Virus record (IMG/VR): IMGVR_UViG_3300032177_000007
Length of the DNA: 64,000 nucleotides
Origin: an uncultured virus (IMG/VR IMGVR_UViG_3300032177_000007)
Taxonomy: Duplodnaviria; Heunggongvirae; Uroviricota; Caudoviricetes
Direction: 5' to 3' (one strand)
The position numbers and the translations under genes were made by a program. Every line of letters starts with the position of its first letter. Position 1 is the stretch's first letter. The notes beneath the pieces were generated by a model. That model saw nothing but the letters and a program-made list of their open reading frames with translations. It made no database searches and had not been told where the DNA came from. Below are positions 1 to 8,770 of the stretch, one piece after another.

Positions 1-2
1 TT

Positions 3-608
3 ATCCCGATCAAGCTTTGATCGATTTCTTAGACAAGACCCCTTCATAAGGGTTAACGCGGAAGTTGAATCTGGTTTAATAAGACCATGATAAAATTTCA
101 TTACTTGTAATTTATTATAAAGAAATGAATGAGCTTCTTTTAATTCATCATGCTTATAATGATCGTCGATAACAGCAAGAAGCCTAGAAAAAGATTTGGT
201 ATTCATCTTTAGAACGTTCTCATCTAGAATCTTCTTCGACGAAAATGTGTTCGCAAGAATAAGCTTCAACTTTTCTTTTGATTTAACAGATAATAAAGGA
301 TTGAATATAGGGGGTCGAGCGAGGAATACAAGATGAGATGTTTTACTTAACTTTTGCGTCTCAACAACGTCAAAGGAATCCTGAACCACATCATAACAAA
401 AAACTTTATGTTCAGGGGAAAGATAGACCCAAAAGTCAAAAGGAGGCCCAACCTTTACACGAAAAACTCTTTTGACATCTCGTTCACCTCTAACCTGAAC
501 ACGTGAAGATAAGCTCTTAAAGACTGAAGAAATCTCTTGATTACGTTTCAAAGAAAAAAGATAGGAGACAGAATCATCAGAAGGGATAAGAGTTAACGGG
601 TGAGCACA
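3..608 (-). mobile_element. Intein inserted in terminase Walker A (partial)
   Basis: Cys (608-606) directly after the P-loop Lys; block A-like CAHPLTLIP and block B-like VFRVKVG...LSPEHKVF; C-terminus lies outside the window. Confidence 0.7.
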
Positions 609-953
609 CTTTAAAGAATCACGAGGACCTAAAAGGAGGGTTCTTGAATTTTGAGCTCCAAAGCGAAACCAATCACGGTGAAATTCCTGATAGAAATCAC
701 AGTTGAGGACAACACGAAAATAAAAATCCTCATCATTGAGAGTCAACCTTCGAACTTCATCACGAATCTCAGGATCTCGAAGATCGTATTCCGTTCTACC
801 GAACAGATAAGGTGATATAGACTCAAGACTTGGGAATGAGAAACGAATGTTGTGCCCCTTTCATACTTCGGAATGTCTAGTGAGAAGAATAATCGAAGTA
901 CCAGAGTGGTACAAAGGCAAGATTTCAGTGGTCTTACTTAGAGGAAGCGTCAC
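3..953 (-). CDS. terL: Terminase large subunit, N-terminal part (runs off window), intein-containing; in-frame TGA at 861-863
   Basis: Manual translation (not in ORF track): frame open from 860 to the window edge, reading ...FYFRVVLNCDFYQEFHRDWFRFGAQNSRTLLLGPRDSLK|C..., a TerL-type adenine-binding region plus Walker A. A GTG at 953 overlaps the upstream stop (GTGA) in the same frame, but a TGA interrupts at codon 31. Confidence 0.7.
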
Positions 954-1660
954 CGTTTAGACTCTCGAAAGTCCCTTGCAGTTGCCATTAACTCCTCTGA
1001 CAGACTACTAGCTTTGCGTGTGAGATCTGCAGAGGTACCTTCCTTCATTGGGAACTCTACAGTCCTCGACTCCTTTATTCTTGCAACAGATGGCTTTTTA
1101 TCGTTTGGTAAAGACCCTAACTTTTCAATGACTTCAGAGCAGATTTTCAGTGTATCTAAAACATCACGCCATGATCGTAGCGCAACTTCTCCTTTTTGAA
1201 CTGCCTGTGAAAGAGAGTCCAAAACAGTTATTAGAGCTGTTGTATGAGAACTGTTAATAGTTCCACTGTCAGAAATGACTACTAATGATGGAAGAGAAAG
1301 CTTTTCTGCAACTACTATTTCAGTAAGTCCAGTAAGCCATCCATGACTTCCACACATACAAGGATAATTTTTATCCCCCCAAGACTGAACTATATCAAGA
1401 GGCACACCTAATCCAATACTGATTTGTTCAACATTATGCCCTGATCCTCGTAATCCTAAAGCTCGACTATGATTCTCATCTGAATCAAGTAATTTGAGAG
1501 CACTCCATTTATGCCAAGAACAATCACATGACGGGTCATCAGAAGACCATCTATGTAATGTAGCTATTGAAACTTTTATCTTGTCAGCCATTTCAGCTAA
1601 TCGCATACCTTGTCTATGACATAGATACGCTTCTTTATGTAACTGAACATCTAGAGCCAT
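950..1660 (-). CDS. Probable terminase small subunit / tandem HTH protein
   Basis: Two HTH-like repeats, each followed by W..CxC..H.W; directly upstream of and coupled to TerL. Confidence 0.55.
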   Translation of the reverse strand: MALDVQLHKEAYLCHRQGMRLAEMADKIKVSIATLHRWSSDDPSCDCSWHKWSALKLLDSDENHSRALGLRGSGHNVEQISIGLGVPLDIVQSWGDKNYPCMCGSHGWLTGLTEIVVAEKLSLPSLVVISDSGTINSSHTTALITVLDSLSQAVQKGEVALRSWRDVLDTLKICSEVIEKLGSLPNDKKPSVARIKESRTVEFPMKEGTSADLTRKASSLSEELMATARDFRESKR

Positions 1661-2712
1661 TATACACCTTCTTCAGGTGTGTAGTCCTCTACTTCAATAT
1701 CTGCATCAGGAGCACTCAAATCCTCACCATCAATCACATCCTTAATCTCGACTGTAGAAGCTTTCATTCCTTCTTCATATGCTAAGGTTTCAAGGGCATC
1801 AAACAATTTGAGATTATTTCTCAGCTGCGCTGCTTGAATCTTTTCCTCAGTCCCTGGAATTGCATACCAACCTTTACTATGAGAAGACAACCCTAAATTG
1901 ACTAACGCATTCAGAACACTACGAGCCCTGTCATATCCTAAATGAAAATAATAGTCTAACGTTAATTCTTGAAAAGGAGGAGCCAACTTATTTTTCTTAA
2001 TATCAACTTTTGTCTGAAAGCCAACAGTAGCCCCACCTTTTTTCATATTCTTGATGCGCGCCATTTGAATCTCTAAAAAAGAGTTGGCAAATATCGCATC
2101 ATGAGAAAGATATGTAGAACCTCCCTTAAAACCCGGCATCGTTGAAATTCTTTTTGTAGATTGACAAACAAAGATTACACCTATATTGAACCTAACCATC
2201 CAATGTAACGCACTTCGAAAGAAATGTCTTGCACTCTTTGCATGAATACCTACACCAGGCTTACCTGATGTCATTTCTTCTACTGAAGGAGTATCAGACC
2301 ACGAATCAATTACGATAAATCCAAAACGATATCCCTTAACACTTGCAATCGTCTCAAGGATTTCCTTAAATTGTGTGAATAGAGTACCAGTGGTTAATTC
2401 ATGCTTTAAAATTATTCTCTCGGCGAGATGAGTTAAACCTAATTCTTGTACCCTCTGCTCTGTATAATAATATTCTGTATCAATCAGAACAGGTACTCCA
2501 CCTAATTTTGCGACGTTATCTAAAAAAGTCCATACTAATGTTGTCTTTCCACACCCCCCCAAGCCCGCTATACTAGTAGTGCGTCCTAACGGAAAGCCAC
2601 CCCCAACCATTAAGTCGAGAGTTAAAAGGCCTGTAGGTATAGTAGGGATCCTGAATTGTGCATCACTTACTGATAACGCCTTACGAATTATACCTATTGA
2701 ATCCAATTCCAT
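1660..2712 (-). CDS. recA: RecA/UvsX recombinase
   Basis: IPTG..TLD..VGGG.P.GR, Walker A GLGGCGKTT, IDTE, IVIDS, KNKLAPPF; likely start ATG 2712 with GAGG RBS. Confidence 0.93.
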   Translation of the reverse strand: MELDSIGIIRKALSVSDAQFRIPTIPTGLLTLDLMVGGGFPLGRTTSIAGLGGCGKTTLVWTFLDNVAKLGGVPVLIDTEYYYTEQRVQELGLTHLAERIILKHELTTGTLFTQFKEILETIASVKGYRFGFIVIDSWSDTPSVEEMTSGKPGVGIHAKSARHFFRSALHWMVRFNIGVIFVCQSTKRISTMPGFKGGSTYLSHDAIFANSFLEIQMARIKNMKKGGATVGFQTKVDIKKNKLAPPFQELTLDYYFHLGYDRARSVLNALVNLGLSSHSKGWYAIPGTEEKIQAAQLRNNLKLFDALETLAYEEGMKASTVEIKDVIDGEDLSAPDADIEVEDYTPEEGV

Positions 2713-2722
2713 GACGAACCTC

Positions 2723-2771
2723 AAAAAAAGAGAGAGAACCCAAAGACCGATGAAGGATCCTCGGGTTCTCT
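2723..2771 (-). terminator. Rho-independent terminator-like hairpin between SSB and recA
   Basis: 16-bp stem (with G-U pairs) AGAGAACCCGAGGATC / GGTCTTTGGGTTCTCT, 7-nt loop, followed by CTCTTTTTTT. Confidence 0.8.
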
Positions 2772-2776
2772 TGGAG

Positions 2777-3718
2777 TTAAGAACCTAGCTTCGCAACCCT
2801 ATCTTTCAGATCAGAAAGAAAGCTAGGTTGCCCAGCGGCTGCTGCAGGGGGAGGAGTGGGAAGAGGTTGATCAACAGGGGTTGGAAGGGGCGTATGCATA
2901 CCCATATCTGTTGGTTCCCCCACAGCGACTGACGGAGCTGCAGAAACCTCTCCCGTAGAAGGAGGAGGGGCTGTAGAAAGTGGAGTTAACAACTTTGTCA
3001 GATCGATAGGTCTCGCTTCACCTGTCTGAATGAAATGATCAACATTCTGCACGAAGGCTTCAATAAACCAATTCTTGATAATCTTCGAATCAATCATCAG
3101 AATGTCAATAACTTCACTTAAAGGTTTTGCCTGACTCATGATTGGAGGTGGAACAGGCACCTTCTTCATCAAGTCTAACTGAACTGCAAAAACGTTCATA
3201 TTTGCCACAGGAGCTAATTCAACGGTACATCCTTCCGTGGGATGAAAAAAGACATACCCCTCACGCCACTTGGTTATAAGCTGATCCAGAACAGTCTTAG
3301 TCAAAAGATAAGACTGAGTAGTGGGCTCAGCAAGATTGGGCCTATATGCATTCACAATTGCCGCTTCACGGGCAAAGAATTCCTGAGACAGCTGAGAAGA
3401 TAGAGCCTCCAGGTAACTCCGTGCGTGACACCCCCAGCAAGGCCCTTTTCCAACACTCTGAGGACAGATGAACGCGTTGAATCGAAGACCAGCTCTACGA
3501 ATAACCTGAACTGGAGGGTTCCCTAAGTAGTGGCGCCTGCAAGCGACAAACCACTCAACAGGAACCAAAACTCCTGGAAGAATACGAAGCTTATGAGCTT
3601 CCTTCGCCTTGAGATACTGAAGAGGCTGACGTTGCATTATACCCGCTTCAGGGGCACCTTTATCTTTGAAGTAATCCAGAGCAGCCTGAAACGAGAAATC
3701 CTGCATACTTTCTGCCAT
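2777..3718 (-). CDS. gp32-like single-stranded DNA-binding protein
   Basis: LRILPG...HY...FICP....GPCWGC Zn-binding pattern, low-complexity tail, located between UvsY-like and RecA genes. Confidence 0.7.
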   Translation of the reverse strand: MAESMQDFSFQAALDYFKDKGAPEAGIMQRQPLQYLKAKEAHKLRILPGVLVPVEWFVACRRHYLGNPPVQVIRRAGLRFNAFICPQSVGKGPCWGCHARSYLEALSSQLSQEFFAREAAIVNAYRPNLAEPTTQSYLLTKTVLDQLITKWREGYVFFHPTEGCTVELAPVANMNVFAVQLDLMKKVPVPPPIMSQAKPLSEVIDILMIDSKIIKNWFIEAFVQNVDHFIQTGEARPIDLTKLLTPLSTAPPPSTGEVSAAPSVAVGEPTDMGMHTPLPTPVDQPLPTPPPAAAAGQPSFLSDLKDRVAKLGS

Positions 3719-3736
3719 GACAATTCTCCTTTCGAA

Positions 3737-4168
3737 CTACGTAGGCGGTGCCATATCATCCCGCTTACGAATGTCCAGTAACCTATGCGTTGTACGAACT
3801 GACAACTCTAAAACTCTCCATAATGACGAAGCAATCGTGTTGAGCTCCTTCAACTTCTTCTTCAAATTGACAAGTTTGAGATATTCTTCATCGGTAGCAC
3901 ACAACATATCAATAAGTCGATACTTCAGTTCCGGTAAAACATCAGCCTTCTTCACTATGAGTCTCGCAGATTGCGTATTCATATTCACTTCAACTTCCAG
4001 CAGTTTAGCATCAGAAATTGCTTGCAATCTACCTAACGAGCCCATCCAGCCTAATGCTCTATCCGAATAATCAGAAATTGATTGAGACTCAACGACAGAC
4101 GAAACACTAAGAATCCAATCTAAACACTTTGAAATGTCTTCGATGGACTCTACACTAAACTGGAGCAA
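3737..4168 (-). CDS. Possible UvsY-like recombination mediator
   Basis: 143-aa helical protein with DEEY.KL...K pattern; context upstream of gp32/RecA; AGGAGG RBS. Confidence 0.45.
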   Translation of the reverse strand: MLQFSVESIEDISKCLDWILSVSSVVESQSISDYSDRALGWMGSLGRLQAISDAKLLEVEVNMNTQSARLIVKKADVLPELKYRLIDMLCATDEEYLKLVNLKKKLKELNTIASSLWRVLELSVRTTHRLLDIRKRDDMAPPT

Positions 4169-4173
4169 GCTTG

Positions 4174-4266
4174 TTACCTCCTATGGTATTTGATTGCGTA
4201 ACGGATTAACAACCATACCTTTCTCCACAGAGGAACGTCTTCTGGATGCCAACAATCTTTTTTCAT
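4174..4266 (-). CDS. Small hypothetical peptide (30 aa)
   Basis: MKKDCWHPEDVPLWRKVWLLIRYAIKYHRR with GGGGGTG RBS; below the ORF-track cutoff. Confidence 0.4.
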   Translation of the reverse strand: MKKDCWHPEDVPLWRKVWLLIRYAIKYHRR

Positions 4267-4355
4267 CTTCACCCCCTTTCTTCTTTAAAAATGATCAATC
4301 TCCCTGATACTGTTGACGAAAATCAAAACTTTTAGGATTAGAGATATAAGTTATA

Positions 4356-4586
4356 TTAGACCAAAGTGTATACCATTAGGCGTTGTGTAAAGTGTAACCA
4401 TAACCCTTCTGCACGATACTTCTCAGTCGTCTCGGAGTCACCGATAGCTTCAAAGAATTTTATCTTAAACTCTAAAGCGCCTTCATCAATCATGGCAAAA
4501 CTCAATAACTTACGTGCCTCACTTACACTTATTACATTTAATGGCCACAAGCTTGCCATTGCACCAAACTTTTCCTCTTCAGTCAT
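4356..4586 (-). CDS. Small hypothetical protein with segments duplicated from elsewhere
   Basis: ATG 4586 overlaps the upstream stop; contains MIDEGALEFKIKFFE, identical to the start of 5050..5406. Confidence 0.5.
   Translation of the reverse strand: MTEEEKFGAMASLWPLNVISVSEARKLLSFAMIDEGALEFKIKFFEAIGDSETTEKYRAEGLWLHFTQRLMVYTLV
4376..4401. repeat. 26-bp perfect inverted repeat, copy 1 (copy 2 at 10436..10461)
   Basis: ttaggcgttgtgtaaagtgtaaccat is the reverse complement of atggttacactttacacaacgcctaa. Confidence 0.93.
4448..4497. repeat. 50-bp perfect direct repeat, copy 1 (copy 2 at 5361..5410)
   Basis: cttcaaagaattttatcttaaactctaaagcgccttcatcaatcatggca occurs at both positions. Confidence 0.95.
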
Positions 4587-4764
4587 GAAAAGCTTCTTCA
4601 GGAGGAAGAACCTTCTTTCGCAATGCTCGAATTTCCTCGAGCGAGGGCTCATCACTCAAATTCTTACAGAGTTGAATGATAGCAGGAATACCTTGTTCAA
4701 TTCCCATCCGTATCAACAGTGACAAAAATTCGGCTTGTGCTGAATTAACTGAATTTTTTCCCAT
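4579..4764 (-). CDS. Small hypothetical protein
   Basis: GGAGG RBS, follows the lipoprotein gene. Confidence 0.6.
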   Translation of the reverse strand: MGKNSVNSAQAEFLSLLIRMGIEQGIPAIIQLCKNLSDEPSLEEIRALRKKVLPPEEAFHD

Positions 4765-4775
4765 AACAGAACCTC

Positions 4776-5117
4776 CTAATAATATTTTTGGATTAACCTC
4801 TCTAACTCAACTCTTGAATTAGATAATTTGACCAACGCGTCACTAACTGACGCTTTATTTTGATCAGTCTTGTTCAACTTGTATCTCTCAAGAGTATCTA
4901 TTGCACCCTTGTAATCAGTATACACCTTAGTTGCTGCAGCGCGAACTGCGGCGTGGCCCTGTAAATCTATAATAAGGGTTTTGTTGTTGTACAGATTAAC
5001 AGACTCCTGATACACGGTTCCTGTATCGTCAATCGTTTTGTAGGCATCCTTAACGAAGCTTGAACATCCTACGAGTAGCACTACTAAAAATAGCGGAAGC
5101 AACTTTCTTTTTCCCAT
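4776..5117 (-). CDS. Lipoprotein (possibly lysis/spanin-like or superinfection exclusion)
   Basis: MGKRKLLPLFLVVLLVG-C lipobox from ATG 5117 with GGAG RBS. Confidence 0.7.
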   Translation of the reverse strand: MGKRKLLPLFLVVLLVGCSSFVKDAYKTIDDTGTVYQESVNLYNNKTLIIDLQGHAAVRAAATKVYTDYKGAIDTLERYKLNKTDQNKASVSDALVKLSNSRVELERLIQKYY

Positions 5118-5406
5118 AGTCCACTCCATAAAAAGCAGTAAGAGGGGGAAAACCATAATACTCATTAACCTTACCAATGAGATTAAGAGAAAGCATAAAT
5201 GTAAATGTCTCCAGAGTTGCTTTTTTTACCTTATCAGTAAACACTTTAAATGCATCTGCAGTTTGCTGAGCCGTAAGTGATACGCTCCACATTGCAATGT
5301 GAAGGCGTTGTAATGAAAGCTCGACTCGTAAATTAGCTGCTGTAAACTCATCCCCAATAACTTCAAAGAATTTTATCTTAAACTCTAAAGCGCCTTCATC
5401 AATCAT
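5050..5406 (-). CDS. Hypothetical protein
   Basis: ATGA overlap with the folE2 stop. Confidence 0.5.
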   Translation of the reverse strand: MIDEGALEFKIKFFEVIGDEFTAANLRVELSLQRLHIAMWSVSLTAQQTADAFKVFTDKVKKATLETFTFMLSLNLIGKVNEYYGFPPLTAFYGVDYGKKKVASAIFSSATRRMFKLR

Positions 5407-6290
5407 GGCATACCATTTAGAATCACTGCAACTGCATTATGATAATGAATACTTTCATCAGAATCGCATACCAATGAATAAGGAACACCTGGTAAGAGTT
5501 CAGTTAGATAAGAAGCTGCAAATCGAACACTATCTTCTACGAATCGAGGGTTCTGAAAGCCCGTTTGGATGACTGCTAACTCTTGATCACGCTTTAATAC
5601 CGTGCCAGCAGGTGCAGCGAACGTTGTATTTATCAAACCATGAAACAACTCATCCCACGTAATTACACTTGCCTTCACCGAACTGAGATCTAAACTCACA
5701 CGTAACAGTGCGCGTTGGGAGTGTGAAGCAAGGCCATCACACTCCTTCAGCGCACAAGGACAAACATTGAAACCTATTAATTCGAAGGTTACAAAAAACT
5801 TAACCTTTCCATCTCGATATGCAGAATATTCAAAAATCATAGGAACAATCATTTGAAACGGAAAACTGACATTGACGGGATGACGAATAAAAGTATCGTC
5901 TACAAGAAAGGGCTCAGCTTTCTTCTGATATGTAACTGTAAATATTCCTTCGAAGAGAGGTACAAATCTCAATTTAAGATATACACAATGCGACTCATGA
6001 CGATTCGCAAGATCCTGAATCAAGCGAAGCGGTAGACCCTCATAAAGCGTTATAGGAGACCATTTGCGTAAAATTTCTGCAAACCGACTAAGATGTGCTC
6101 CTTTCTGATCTTGATTCAATTCAGCGTAACACGAAGCATCAGCTAACAAAGACTGAACAGAAACATCAGATTGAAAACCTCCATATAAAAAGCTATCTAA
6201 CGAAAACTGAACAGGAACCGAAATCTTACGAATACCAACTTTCTGAATCTTTAACTGAACATCTGGCTGTAAATCATGAACCGTTAACAC
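5403..6290 (-). CDS. folE2: GTP cyclohydrolase IB (FolE2)
   Basis: IQKVGI, KGAHLSRF, CPCA, HSQR, NPRFVEDSVR, ESIHYHNA motifs. Confidence 0.92.
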   Translation of the reverse strand: MLTVHDLQPDVQLKIQKVGIRKISVPVQFSLDSFLYGGFQSDVSVQSLLADASCYAELNQDQKGAHLSRFAEILRKWSPITLYEGLPLRLIQDLANRHESHCVYLKLRFVPLFEGIFTVTYQKKAEPFLVDDTFIRHPVNVSFPFQMIVPMIFEYSAYRDGKVKFFVTFELIGFNVCPCALKECDGLASHSQRALLRVSLDLSSVKASVITWDELFHGLINTTFAAPAGTVLKRDQELAVIQTGFQNPRFVEDSVRFAASYLTELLPGVPYSLVCDSDESIHYHNAVAVILNGMP

Positions 6291-6313
6291 AGCGCACTCC
6301 TCTTCATTATGAG

Positions 6314-6348
6314 ATTATACAAAAACTCAATTTATTTTTCACGGGGCA
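6314..6348 (-). promoter_or_regulatory. Promoter TGCCCC-GTGAAA-N17-TATAAT upstream of folE2
   Basis: Intergenic, exact 17-bp spacer, shared motif with three other sites. Confidence 0.7.
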
Positions 6349-6351
6349 CTT

Positions 6352-8202
6352 TCATGAAACCTCTAAATAACTACCTTCAACAGTTTTTACCGACGTATAG
6401 ATGCTACCTGGTACACTCTCTCTTGCGTAATCTAAATGATGCGAAATAACATAAACACATAAATTGAATTTCAAAGCCATCTCATGCAAAAGCGAAAGAA
6501 TGATTTCTCGGCCAGTTCTGTCGAGACACCCATCAAACACTTCATCAAGCACAAACAAATTCGAACTCCAACCACGAAAACTTCTTGTCGCAAGAATAGA
6601 ACCCAGTGTAAGAGACAAATAAACCCGAGCTTGCTCTCCTCCACTTAAAGAATCGATATTAACCAAATCACCATCCGAATCCTTCACATCGATAATAGGT
6701 TTCTGTGTAGCAGGATCAAAGTATACCTGCATAGATACCTTCATGTCCCACAAAGTGCGAAGACACTGTTCAGAGAAGTTTCCCAAAAACTTTGTGATAT
6801 CAGTTAATGCTTGCGCTGGTAATTGATTTTTGAAGAAATCAACCCATTTAAGACATGCACTTTCTAGATTTCCAAAACAAAGAGCATCATCTCTAATAGC
6901 GCCCAATCTACGCAATATAAAATGTTCTCGTCTCCTCAACTCTTCTAGAGCACAAGTATGCGCTTCACGAGCATCCTTATATTGCTGTAAATTTTGAAGT
7001 GCTTGCTCATACTGACTCGTCATAACCCGAATATCAGATTGCAACCTATTGATTTCGTCGCGCAATGTCCTAAGTCCAGCTTGCAATGTACGATCAAGAT
7101 TATCCACCTGACGCTTGAGTTCTTCCATCTCGGATATCGAAGAAGATGTCTTGTCAAAGGTTGACTCTGCTTCCTTTAAAGCAGTTTTCGAAGACTGAAT
7201 AATCTCCTGCATATTCGTTAAGATTTTACGGACGTAATCCTCTCTAACCAATTGACCACAATTAAGACATTCAGCCCCTGACAAGGATTGCAAACGAGCA
7301 CAGTATTTCGATCTCTCAGAGATTGCGTCCTTAAGACTATTAACCTTTCCTTGTAGTTCTCCCTTTTCCTCATACATTTTATGAAGACGCTTAAACTCAC
7401 CAGAAACTTCAGATAGTTCTAAAACCTTTCGCTCCTTCTCCTTCAATACACCCTGTGTAGCTACCAGCTCATCTGTCCGCTTCATTAATTCACTTTGATA
7501 ATTCGCGATCAATAAATCCGCACTCGAAATATTTGACTCAAGCCGCAAGACTTCTTGATTAATCTCACTCATACGAAAAGCTAATGTATTCGCAGACTCC
7601 TCAGCGTTATACATCGTTCTCATCTCTAACGCCTTCAGTGAATAGTCTACTTTATCACTTTTTAGTACTTCTAGAGATTGCTCAATTAGTTTATCTATCC
7701 CAGCTACTGATAAAAAGAAATCTTTACGCTGGGTGTCTGTCCCATAAAACAATCCCGACTCAAACGACGATCTTGTTAAAACCTGCAAGGAAGAAAAGGC
7801 ATCAAAGTCACACCCAACAAGAAAAGACAACTCTTGATCAGCCTTTACAGGAGTTTTAGTACCTGACAACTTCAAGAAAGGTTTCCCTTTCGATCGACCC
7901 CGAGTAATAACTATAGGTTGATTCGAAACACGTAAATTCATCTCACCAAAACAATTATCATCTGCGTTGCGTCGTTCCATACCAGTTCGAACTATTTTGC
8001 CGTTGGGTGATTTGAAACGGCCAAATATTATGTATGGCGGAGCATATGAAAAAATGGTTGACTTACCTGCACCATTGGAATCCGCACTGCTTTCCTTCTC
8101 ATTTCTACCCAGCACTAAATGAACTCCAGGAACAAACGTAACATCAGCCTCAACGAAAGATCGAAAATTCTTGAGCTTCATACTTTCAAAAACTACTTCC
8201 AT
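6352..8202 (-). CDS. sbcC: SbcC/Rad50/gp46-like ATPase
   Basis: LKNFRSF, NGAGKST, CxxC hook (CLNCGQ), LSGGE, LDEVFD, ISH; likely start MEVVF at 8202. Confidence 0.93.
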   Translation of the reverse strand: MEVVFESMKLKNFRSFVEADVTFVPGVHLVLGRNEKESSADSNGAGKSTIFSYAPPYIIFGRFKSPNGKIVRTGMERRNADDNCFGEMNLRVSNQPIVITRGRSKGKPFLKLSGTKTPVKADQELSFLVGCDFDAFSSLQVLTRSSFESGLFYGTDTQRKDFFLSVAGIDKLIEQSLEVLKSDKVDYSLKALEMRTMYNAEESANTLAFRMSEINQEVLRLESNISSADLLIANYQSELMKRTDELVATQGVLKEKERKVLELSEVSGEFKRLHKMYEEKGELQGKVNSLKDAISERSKYCARLQSLSGAECLNCGQLVREDYVRKILTNMQEIIQSSKTALKEAESTFDKTSSSISEMEELKRQVDNLDRTLQAGLRTLRDEINRLQSDIRVMTSQYEQALQNLQQYKDAREAHTCALEELRRREHFILRRLGAIRDDALCFGNLESACLKWVDFFKNQLPAQALTDITKFLGNFSEQCLRTLWDMKVSMQVYFDPATQKPIIDVKDSDGDLVNIDSLSGGEQARVYLSLTLGSILATRSFRGWSSNLFVLDEVFDGCLDRTGREIILSLLHEMALKFNLCVYVISHHLDYARESVPGSIYTSVKTVEGSYLEVS

Positions 8203-8203
8203 T

Positions 8204-8542
8204 TTACCTTCCCTCAAATTCCTTCCTGATTTCCTTAGCACGTCCTTGCTTCCAAATATATTCACCCATTCGACAATTACATTCAAAATTCCGCTCTATC
8301 TGACTATGAGAAAAACAAGGTGTCTTCTTATAAATCTTGAAGTGATGAATCTTACAATTCGCTTTGCCATCAGCAAGCCATTCTAAATGAGGGCAACATT
8401 CACCCCCTCTTTTGTGTTGAATAACATCTTCAGTTTTTACAGCCCGTAACTTGGAAAGGTTAATTCCAGGCTTTAAAATTATAACATCATAATAGATACA
8501 ACAATAGCCACAATTCATACACCGAATAACAGACTCCTTCAA
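8204..8542 (-). CDS. YkgJ-family (CxxCxxCC) cysteine-cluster protein
   Basis: CMNCGYCC...CPHL......CKIH......PC. Confidence 0.75.
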   Translation of the reverse strand: MKESVIRCMNCGYCCIYYDVIILKPGINLSKLRAVKTEDVIQHKRGGECCPHLEWLADGKANCKIHHFKIYKKTPCFSHSQIERNFECNCRMGEYIWKQGRAKEIRKEFEGR

Positions 8543-8770
8543 TCACTTCGACAACTTCGACAAATCTAGAATCTGTACACACTTTTTACATAAATTCTTC
8601 ACGTCATCATCCTCACGAAACCAGTCAAGCTGAATATCCTGCTTCACAACTGTTTCACCCTTCACCAAATACGTCTGGCACTGATCACACTTTAAGAAGC
8701 CTTCTTCCCCTGTAACCTGAGTTTTATATTGGCTACCCAACCTCGGATATTTACGATGAGCCATAACCAA
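8543..8770 (-). CDS. Small Zn-finger-like protein
   Basis: CDQC ... CKKC. Confidence 0.55.
   Translation of the reverse strand: MVMAHRKYPRLGSQYKTQVTGEEGFLKCDQCQTYLVKGETVVKQDIQLDWFREDDDVKNLCKKCVQILDLSKLSK

Noticed and set aside
4366..4722. Plus-strand ORF beginning MYTIRRCVKCNH as a real Zn-finger gene
   Set aside because: The motif arises only from the 26-bp inverted repeat; the rest is antisense to two minus-strand genes.
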